From a virus (taxonomy: Duplodnaviria > Caudoviricetes), in the IMG/VR virus record IMGVR_UViG_3300020171_000124, positions 1 through 25,551 of that record: 25,551 nucleotides of DNA. One strand, 5' to 3'. The position numbers and the translations under genes are program-made. Positions 16,771-23,496 of this stretch are shown one piece after another (position 1 is the first letter of the stretch; each line of letters starts with the position of its first letter). The notes under the pieces were generated by a model, which did no database searches, had not been told where the DNA came from, and saw nothing but the letters and a program-made list of their open reading frames with translations.

Positions 16771-17301
16771 CTACACATTCCTTGGTTTTCGGATGCAAGC
16801 CAGCTTTCCGGAGCATGCGTACAACTCCACGGGCAACGCGATCTTCGCGGCGAACTCGTCAACGGCCCGTACAACGTTCTCTAACTTCCGACGCCGCGAA
16901 CGGTTATAGTCGTGCGTGCACATCAGACCGCCCGGCGCAACGATCGGCCACCACGCCGACAAATCTGCCGCGACACTCGTATAGTCATGGGCCGCGTCAA
17001 CCAGCACGACATGCTGGCTCTGCTTGGCAGATTGCGCAGCCACCTCGACAGACAACCCGACTCGAATGACAACCCGGTTTCCAAACGGCGCAAGAGCCGC
17101 GCGCGCGGTCGTCTCGTGCGCCGGATCTTCCATCCAACAGTCCACGGCAGTCGCGAGAAGAAAGTCGCATCGTGTAAGCACTTGCACGAGAGTCTGTCCC
17201 TCGTCAACGCCGACCTCGACGTATCGGAGCATGTCGATCCCCAGCGATTGCCGTACTTCCTCGCATAGCATCACGACGACATCGTGCATCGGTCTTGCCA
17301 C
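16771..17301 (-). CDS. Class I SAM-dependent methyltransferase (Methyltransf_24-like)
   Basis: VEVGVDEGQT, VDCW, VLVDAAHDY and PGGLMCTHDY motifs. Confidence 0.88.
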   Translation of the reverse strand: MARPMHDVVVMLCEEVRQSLGIDMLRYVEVGVDEGQTLVQVLTRCDFLLATAVDCWMEDPAHETTARAALAPFGNRVVIRVGLSVEVAAQSAKQSQHVVLVDAAHDYTSVAADLSAWWPIVAPGGLMCTHDYNRSRRRKLENVVRAVDEFAAKIALPVELYACSGKLACIRKPRNV

Positions 17302-17313
17302 CCGAAAACCTCC

Positions 17314-17904
17314 TTACGATTTCCTGCCGACGGCCACTGTGTCGAATACGTCCCCGCCGCCGATTTGCATGGTCTTGACCGCCGGGTCCGGGTCGAGGTG
17401 CTCGAAGGCGGCCATGAGCGTCTCCAGCCCGGCCGCCGCGTGCAACTCCCGCATCCCGTGCGGCAGTATCCTCCAGCCGTCTATCGGCTGCGGCCCGTAC
17501 CGCCATGTCACGGGTGTGATCGTCAGCAGGAGTCCGGCCGGTTTCAACACCCGGGCCATCTCTGGCACCAGCAGCCACGGGCGCCGCACGTGCGCGAGCA
17601 CCTGCCCGCTCAGCACGATGTCGTACACGCTGTCCGGAGAGTCGATCCGATAGTCCTCCGGTTGCTTAATGGTGGCGACTGACAGCTCGCCCGCGTGAGT
17701 CCCGCGCCTGCGCGCCCGATCCATCCGCCGCTCGATCCGCTCCCACTTGCGGTCGGTGACGTGGTAGTGGACCCTGGCCACCTCGCCTATCGCCAGGATG
17801 TATGGGCTCGGGTACCCGCCGGGTCCGACCTCAAGGATCGTCTGGCCGTCCCTGAAGTGGCCCAGCAGATGCTTGCGGAAGAGGAGGAGGCTGTTCGCGT
17901 GCAT
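17314..17904 (-). CDS. Class I SAM-dependent methyltransferase (Methyltransf_11-like)
   Basis: ILEVGPG, YDIVLSGQVLAHV and EMARVLKPAG motifs. Confidence 0.88.
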   Translation of the reverse strand: MHANSLLLFRKHLLGHFRDGQTILEVGPGGYPSPYILAIGEVARVHYHVTDRKWERIERRMDRARRRGTHAGELSVATIKQPEDYRIDSPDSVYDIVLSGQVLAHVRRPWLLVPEMARVLKPAGLLLTITPVTWRYGPQPIDGWRILPHGMRELHAAAGLETLMAAFEHLDPDPAVKTMQIGGGDVFDTVAVGRKS

Positions 17905-17909
17905 CGGCG

Positions 17910-18080
17910 TCAGTCCCCTTCCGTCGGATCGAATCCGAGCATCGCCGCCACGTCGTCCGGCGTCTCGATCTCGTCATCGTCGGGGTCTTCCTCTTCGGCA
18001 AGTTCGGCGCGCCAGTCCAGCGATCCCTCGTCAACCTCTCCGAACCGCACGTCGGTGTCCAGTTCCGGCACGTCCATCAT
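17910..18080 (-). CDS. 56-aa highly acidic protein, candidate DNA mimic/topoisomerase inhibitor
   Basis: ATG 18080 with GGAGG RBS and ATGA overlap with the upstream stop. 23/56 residues are D/E, with 2 Arg and no Lys. Confidence 0.75.
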   Translation of the reverse strand: MMDVPELDTDVRFGEVDEGSLDWRAELAEEEDPDDDEIETPDDVAAMLGFDPTEGD

Positions 18081-19591
18081 GGCTTCCTCCATTTGCTCCA
18101 CACGGTCGGGTCGATGTAACTTTGTAGCGCGACGGTCGGGGTGTTCCCCAACTTCGCCGCGACCACCTTTGCTATCGCCTTGACTTGTCGTTTGTACTCC
18201 CGGTCCGTTGCGGGCGCCTTGGCCTTCTTGATCTCGATTATGGCGACGGACGTTCCCTTGAGAGTACGGAAGTCCTTCGGCTTGAACTTACCCCCGTCAA
18301 GGCTGTGGACATACTGCCGAAGTTGCGAGTCCGTGACGGAGAACAGTTTTTCCCGCGGCGACCGTTGCTTCGCACGGTTTAGCAACATTTTCGCCAATCC
18401 CTTGTCGTCCACCGGTATCGAGAGGGCCACGCCTTTCTTCCCGACGAACTCCAGGATCGCGCCTTCCTTGGTTGGTTTCACGTGCCGCGCCTCCAGCGTC
18501 GTCGCGCCGTATGCCTGCTTTTCGGCCCCGGTGTCTGCCTCCGAGCCCGGCCGGATGCCGGTGGCCATTATCAGGGCTGTGACGACCGCTTCCTCCTGTC
18601 CCGACTTCACGTTGGCCTCGTTCTGCGCCGCGATTGCGCCTTGTTTCTGCATGAGTTCCCGAACGCGACTGAACTTCAGGGCGGCTGTCCGTGTCCAGTA
18701 TGCCTGGCTGTAGATCCGCTGCTCGCGCCCCTTGGAGTCTTTCCCCGCCACCAGCATTTCCGAGTTCGGATTCTTCGCCACCCGCACGCCGGTCCACGCG
18801 GGCGGGATGCGCACGGCAGATATATGCGCCGGCAACGCGCGACCATCGCTTTGTCGCCACTCCTCTTTGTCCTTGTCGTAGACCGCTTCCGAGGATTCGT
18901 CGCTCCATCGTCCCCGCTCGTCCCGCGGCTCGTTCGGGTCGAACGCCTTGCTGGTGTCCACCCCGCCAGACTCGTCGATGTCGATGTACGCCAGGCACCG
19001 GCAGGATATTCTCTCTTCGGGCGGAAGATTCATATGACCAGGGTATGGGACCTCTACCACCCCTTCCTTCGTGTCAAGCACGAAGTTCGCGTCGGCCCCT
19101 TCCACGGGCGAGTAAGGCGGGCCGGCGTACGCGATATGCGAGTCCCGCACAAACTCGTCGCCTGCATTCATCCAATACTTCAGTACCTTGATACCGGCCT
19201 CTTCCAGCTCAGCACCCTGGACCACGTGCCCGGCGTTGAGTGCACCGGTCATTTCCGTGCGCGCTATCCGTTCCGCCCGCACGTTCCCGTCCGCCCCCAG
19301 CGCTTCCTGCACCGCCTCCACCGTCTGGTCCAGCGATCGCCCTTCCGTGATCCCGTCCCGCACGTTGGCCTCGATCTTGTCCAGGATCGACTGCGGCATG
19401 GCGTCCCACCACTCGCCGTCCATGCTGGCCTCGACCTCGTTGACGATGGCCTGGCGCACGGTGTCGGGGATGGCCCAGTCCTCAAGCCAGGCGGCGGTAG
19501 CGAGTTGCTCCGCAGAGATGTCCTCGCCCTGCTCGGCGCGCTCCGCGAGCGTGTAGTAAGAGCCGTTCAGGGGTGGCTTCTTCTTGGCCAT
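18077..19591 (-). CDS. MuF (SPP1 gp7-like) head morphogenesis domain fused to a type IB DNA topoisomerase
   Basis: MuF motifs: RAERIARTE, KYW...DEFVRDSH, YPG...ISCRC. TopIB motifs: IPPAW, GKDSKGREQRIY, GIRPG (R), YGATTL, FVGKKG (K), KDFRT (R), LGNT (N), SYIDP (Y). Confidence 0.92.
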   Translation of the reverse strand: MAKKKPPLNGSYYTLAERAEQGEDISAEQLATAAWLEDWAIPDTVRQAIVNEVEASMDGEWWDAMPQSILDKIEANVRDGITEGRSLDQTVEAVQEALGADGNVRAERIARTEMTGALNAGHVVQGAELEEAGIKVLKYWMNAGDEFVRDSHIAYAGPPYSPVEGADANFVLDTKEGVVEVPYPGHMNLPPEERISCRCLAYIDIDESGGVDTSKAFDPNEPRDERGRWSDESSEAVYDKDKEEWRQSDGRALPAHISAVRIPPAWTGVRVAKNPNSEMLVAGKDSKGREQRIYSQAYWTRTAALKFSRVRELMQKQGAIAAQNEANVKSGQEEAVVTALIMATGIRPGSEADTGAEKQAYGATTLEARHVKPTKEGAILEFVGKKGVALSIPVDDKGLAKMLLNRAKQRSPREKLFSVTDSQLRQYVHSLDGGKFKPKDFRTLKGTSVAIIEIKKAKAPATDREYKRQVKAIAKVVAAKLGNTPTVALQSYIDPTVWSKWRKP

Positions 19592-19863
19592 CAGGACTCG
19601 TCCGCCTCCCCTTCAGTTTCATTGCCACCGGCCATCCCCGCCTCGTCCCTGGCCTCGCTGGGGTCGTAGCCCTTGGAAAGCAGTTCCGCGGCCTTGCCCT
19701 TCTCGACCGCGACCTCTTTCAGAAATTCATCATAGGCCGCGTAATCTGGCGATTCGGTTGTAATCTCGACAACCCCATCACCTATTACGCCGTTACCTTC
19801 AGCGCGAGCCTGCACCAGGATTGTACGGTCATCTACTCTCCTGGGAATTGCTGTGCGACTCAT
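19591..19863 (-). CDS. Small hypothetical protein, candidate immunity protein ending in a degenerate linker motif
   Basis: Coupled at both ends (ATGA and TGATG overlaps). It ends KAAELLSKGYDPSEARDEAG. Confidence 0.7.
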   Translation of the reverse strand: MSRTAIPRRVDDRTILVQARAEGNGVIGDGVVEITTESPDYAAYDEFLKEVAVEKGKAAELLSKGYDPSEARDEAGMAGGNETEGEADES

Positions 19864-20963
19864 ATCTTTAGCCCACCAAAATAATCATCTAGTATCTTCG
19901 CGTCCTCGCTTGTGTAAATCTTGCCGGACGGGACCATGCTTCCATCCTTGAGTCGCCCTAGTTTCCCTGCACCCCATACCGCATAGCCCTCAGCAAACGC
20001 CTCTTGATAGTGCCAAGTATATGGTCCAAACAAACGAACCATCGTCTGCCGAACCTTCTCAAACGCAACCGTGCCGGCATCCCGTTCGGAGAACTTCTGA
20101 CCGTGCAGTAGTTTTCCACCAGTGTCAAGGCCATGCGCAGCTTCATGCCATGCCACGCTGACGCTTCCGTGCAATCCCTTTCCTAACACTATCGTGTCGC
20201 CCACCTTCGATATTCCCATTCCCGCAGCGTCGTCCCATGTGTACCCGGACGGCCATCCACTCGGTTGCACGCCTTTCAAATGCTGCATGTGATCCTGTTC
20301 GGTAATAGGCCGATCTCCTACGCAAATGCCTCCTGCCGTTTTCGCCAACAATTCCTGATGGCTCTTTGGCATCGCCGACAGGTCCTCTAAGTAATGTGCA
20401 ACGGAGGGCGAATCCTGGTCGACGACATCTAGTTTCGCCTGCAATGCGTCCACTATCTCAAGCGACTTGTTCCACTCATTGGTTCTCGCGCCGCCAACTT
20501 CGCTTTCGTGCGGTTTAGTAGGTAGTGGTTGCGCCCCGCCGCCTGCTCCGAACCTCCCGCGGGCGTCCCTCGGGTGTTGGGCCTCCTCCCAGCCCTTAGA
20601 GAACAACTCGAACGCCTTCCTCATCCGCCTCTTGAACAGCTCCCGCCCCGACAGGTAGCCCGTCACGATCCCCTGCGCTATCTGCCGCGCCGCCGCCACC
20701 TTGATCACCCCTAGCCACTCCTTGGGGTCGAACACGCGCTCCGCGACGTGCCGCGCCTTCACAGGGTCGTCGAACAGGTCAGGATGCTCCCTGGCCAGCG
20801 TGCGCAGCCGCCGGCCCGTCTCCTTGGCGATGTCCGCGAACACCCGGCGCATAGCGTCGCGCATGGCCGCCTCGTGCCTGTCCGCCTGCTTGACCCACAG
20901 GTCGGCTGCCACCTTGCAGAGCGGGTGGGGACGGCGCATCTTATATCCGTTATTAGATGGCAC
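19860..20963 (-). CDS. Helical (probable MuF N-terminal) region fused to a zincin metallopeptidase domain
   Basis: Helical N-terminus, then linker WEEAQHPRDARGRF, then WHEAAHGLD (HExxH) and EAFAE (third-ligand motif as in anthrax lethal factor-like peptidases). The 3' part is visibly lower in GC. Confidence 0.78.
   Translation of the reverse strand: MPSNNGYKMRRPHPLCKVAADLWVKQADRHEAAMRDAMRRVFADIAKETGRRLRTLAREHPDLFDDPVKARHVAERVFDPKEWLGVIKVAAARQIAQGIVTGYLSGRELFKRRMRKAFELFSKGWEEAQHPRDARGRFGAGGGAQPLPTKPHESEVGGARTNEWNKSLEIVDALQAKLDVVDQDSPSVAHYLEDLSAMPKSHQELLAKTAGGICVGDRPITEQDHMQHLKGVQPSGWPSGYTWDDAAGMGISKVGDTIVLGKGLHGSVSVAWHEAAHGLDTGGKLLHGQKFSERDAGTVAFEKVRQTMVRLFGPYTWHYQEAFAEGYAVWGAGKLGRLKDGSMVPSGKIYTSEDAKILDDYFGGLKI
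20939..20957. promoter_or_regulatory. 19-bp palindromic motif, copy C (TCTTATATCCGTTATTAGA)
   Basis: 18/19 match to copy A; located at the extreme 5' end of 19860..20963. Confidence 0.75.
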
Positions 20964-20966
20964 GGC

Positions 20967-21296
20967 TCAGCTCCCGGCGTAGTTGGCGACGCAGTCGTGC
21001 CGCTCGTAGAGCACCGTCCGCCCCGCCTTCACCCCCTCGATGAACAGCCAGTACGACGCCCCCTTCGTCAGGTTCGCCGTCACCGTGTACGGCAGCGTCC
21101 CCTGGTACTTGCCGTTGCTGGCCGCCACGTAGGCCATCGCCACGTCCGTGGCATCGGTGATCTCGACGTGGTCCTCGTCCGTCAGCGTGAATGTCACAGT
21201 GGCGTCATTCACGTAGGTTGTGCCGTCGGTGGCCAGGACCAGCCCGCTCACCTCGACCAGGTTGTCGACGCCTATCGCCAGCGTGTGCGTGCTCAT
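20967..21296 (-). CDS. Small beta-rich (Ig-like) putative virion protein
   Basis: Start placed at ATG 21296 (ATGA overlap): MSTHTLAIGVDNLVEV...ATVTFTLTD...GKYQGTL. Confidence 0.72.
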   Translation of the reverse strand: MSTHTLAIGVDNLVEVSGLVLATDGTTYVNDATVTFTLTDEDHVEITDATDVAMAYVAASNGKYQGTLPYTVTANLTKGASYWLFIEGVKAGRTVLYERHDCVANYAGS

Positions 21297-22543
21297 GCTC
21301 CCACCACCCTGAATGTTCCAGAGGACCATGCCCTGAGAGACGGACTGCCAGCAGACCACGCGGCCGCGCGAACGACAGCGCCGCACCACGACTTGACCGC
21401 GATAGTGCCAGTGCAGCGGCGAGGTACGGTCGGCAGCAGGCCGCTCGTGCTCGACGAGTATGAAGACAGCGACGAGGAGGAGAACGCCTCGCTCGATGAC
21501 GTTGTCGACGAGGATGAACTGAACGCCTCGCTACTGGACGACGTACTAGATGACGATGAGAACGCTTCACTTGAACTGCTGGTGGAGGACGAACTGGAAA
21601 ACGCTTCACTGGAAGAGGACGTTGACGACGACGACGAAAACGCTTCACTCGTTGACGTGCTGGTGCTGCTGGAAGAACTAGAGAACGCGCGACTACTGGA
21701 ACTTGACGAACTGAATTCCTCACCCGCCACTGCCGCCGCGTACACCCGCTGCCACACGGGCTCGATCAGGCCGCCAAGGGATGCGTCGGAGGGATTGGCG
21801 AGGGTCTGGATTTCGGGGAGGGAGAGGGCACGATTCCAAAGTCCGGCATCGCTCAGTCCACCTTTCCAATACAACCCGTCATATGCTCCGTAACGGCCAA
21901 GCGAAAAGCCGTAGGGCGTTCCCCCCATCGCAACGGTCTGTGCCACCGGGGAACCAATCAGCGTGCCGTTGCGGTAATAGCGAATGAATGAACCGTCCAC
22001 TGTAGCGGCGATGTGAGTCTGCGAGCCAATTGGCCAATTGGCTGCGATATACTCCCCAGCAAATTGAGCGACCTGAAACGCTGCGCCGGAACTCACGTAA
22101 ATACTCAGATTAATAGTGGAGGCTCCACCGAAGATTCCCCACACGGAATTGTCTGTGCCTGCCGCGTCGCCCGAAAATATAATCCCCGCGGGTTGCATTG
22201 TAATCGGGTTTACAAATGCGGCGATTGTCCAGTTCAACGGCTTTCCCAATCTGGTGCCACAATCAACAAAGTTCTTCGTACCACCATGTACTGTCCCAAA
22301 CCGTCCCAACCGCGGAATCCACGTCCAGCCGCTCGTCGCCGTGTTCGGCCAGGAGAAGTTGGTGAGCGTGCCGTGGTTACCGTTCAAGTTTCCGGGTCGT
22401 GCCGAGTCGCAGTACCACGGACCACCTGGGGCGTTTCCGCCGCCGAAGAAGATAAGTGAGCCGTCCCGCACCCGCGGGTGGCGCGCACTCACCTGCCAGA
22501 GTTCCGGCCGTTGCGTCATTCGTGGGTGCGAGCGTCCGAACAT
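21293..22543 (-). CDS. LamG/concanavalin A-like domain protein with Ser-rich repeat tail
   Basis: NGNHGTLTN, WTIAAFV, THIAATVDG..IRYYRNG and WKGGLSDAGLWNRALSLPEI motifs, followed by (S5TS4EAF)n. Confidence 0.88.
   Translation of the reverse strand: MFGRSHPRMTQRPELWQVSARHPRVRDGSLIFFGGGNAPGGPWYCDSARPGNLNGNHGTLTNFSWPNTATSGWTWIPRLGRFGTVHGGTKNFVDCGTRLGKPLNWTIAAFVNPITMQPAGIIFSGDAAGTDNSVWGIFGGASTINLSIYVSSGAAFQVAQFAGEYIAANWPIGSQTHIAATVDGSFIRYYRNGTLIGSPVAQTVAMGGTPYGFSLGRYGAYDGLYWKGGLSDAGLWNRALSLPEIQTLANPSDASLGGLIEPVWQRVYAAAVAGEEFSSSSSSSRAFSSSSSSTSTSTSEAFSSSSSTSSSSEAFSSSSSTSSSSEAFSSSSSTSSSSEAFSSSSSTTSSSEAFSSSSLSSYSSSTSGLLPTVPRRCTGTIAVKSWCGAVVRAAAWSAGSPSLRAWSSGTFRVVGA
21483..21691 (-). repeat. 39-bp-period coding tandem repeat (SSSSSTSSSSEAF)
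   Basis: The AACGC anchor lies at 21483, 21522, 21561, 21600, 21639 (39-bp steps) and 21684. Ser codons differ between units. Confidence 0.85.
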
Positions 22544-22544
22544 C

Positions 22545-23141
22545 TTAGATCGCCGTTACGTCGCTGATTCGGGATCGAATTGCCACCGTCGCGCCGTCCG
22601 AGTCATACGTGTTGTCGTATACGATCCGGCACCGCAGCGCCGTCTCGGGAAGGGCCACAGCATAGCGGTTGGCCACCGAGTTCATAATCGAGTTGACCGC
22701 GTGCTGGCGGGTCACGCCATCCAGGACCGTGACACTCGTGTTGGTCGTCACCAGCGCGACGAAGCACCATTCAGAGTTGGCGAACGTGCTCACGTCTTCC
22801 AGGAAGATCCAGGTTCCCGCCGTATACCCAGTCGTGCTGGCACAGGTGATAGACGTTCCGGCGGCTGCCAGCGGATTGTTGGTAATGACCTCTAGGTTTG
22901 TCGTGCCCGTGGTGCTGACGAACGAGTAGTAATCCACCCAGTCCTCGTCGCCGGTCGTGTTGCTGGAGACCTGGACCGTGATTTTGGTCCCGGTGTGCGC
23001 CGTAGCGTTGGACAGAGCGAAGTCGATGTAGAGCATCGCCCCGTACATTCCCGCCAGCGACACAGTAGCGCCCTCCAGGATCGTGTTCTGCGCGATCTCC
23101 TGGCAGGCGTCCAGGGCGGCAGAGGCTTCAGTCTTGGCCAT
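22545..23141 (-). CDS. Hypothetical Thr/Ala-rich beta protein, probably virion-associated
   Basis: 198-aa ORF with GAGGTG RBS, tightly packed in the operon. Confidence 0.75.
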   Translation of the reverse strand: MAKTEASAALDACQEIAQNTILEGATVSLAGMYGAMLYIDFALSNATAHTGTKITVQVSSNTTGDEDWVDYYSFVSTTGTTNLEVITNNPLAAAGTSITCASTTGYTAGTWIFLEDVSTFANSEWCFVALVTTNTSVTVLDGVTRQHAVNSIMNSVANRYAVALPETALRCRIVYDNTYDSDGATVAIRSRISDVTAI

Positions 23142-23151
23142 AAGTCACCTC

Positions 23152-23442
23152 TCACTGATAGAGCTTGTCAATGGCAGCATCGACGTTGCTTTGAACGGCC
23201 GGCTCCATCGCCCCGAGAATGGCGGCCAGCGTCGCTGCCTTGTTGGCCACCAGCACGTATTTCACAAGCTTCGCGGCCTCGGCTTGGCTGTTAGCGAAAG
23301 CACCGGCGGCCCACGCGAGCCGAGCGGCAGAGGGCGTTGCCTCGGCGATGATCGCCCGCGCCTTGTCGCAAATGGCGACCTCGATTTTGTCGATCAAGGG
23401 TCCGTAGCCGAAAACTGATTTCAGTTCCGCGTAAGTTGCCAC
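23152..23442 (-). CDS. Hypothetical Ala-rich protein
   Basis: 96 aa, GTG start with AGGAGG RBS. Confidence 0.75.
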   Translation of the reverse strand: MATYAELKSVFGYGPLIDKIEVAICDKARAIIAEATPSAARLAWAAGAFANSQAEAAKLVKYVLVANKAATLAAILGAMEPAVQSNVDAAIDKLYQ

Positions 23443-23496
23443 GTCAACCTCCTGCCTTTCGGCGTTTGAGTTCTGCTCTCCGCCCGGCCCCTTGGG

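Noticed and set aside
16771-17904. DNA methyltransferases of a restriction-modification or anti-restriction type
   Set aside because: They lack DNA MTase catalytic motifs and are too short; their motifs fit small-molecule or glycan class I methyltransferases.
21483-21691. Possible CRISPR array (regular 39-bp period)
   Set aside because: The units are in-frame coding repeats with no conserved 25-40 bp repeat and unique spacer structure, and no cas genes are present.
21780-22543. Diversity-generating retroelement target in the LamG gene
   Set aside because: No template/variable repeat pair or reverse transcriptase was seen in the window.
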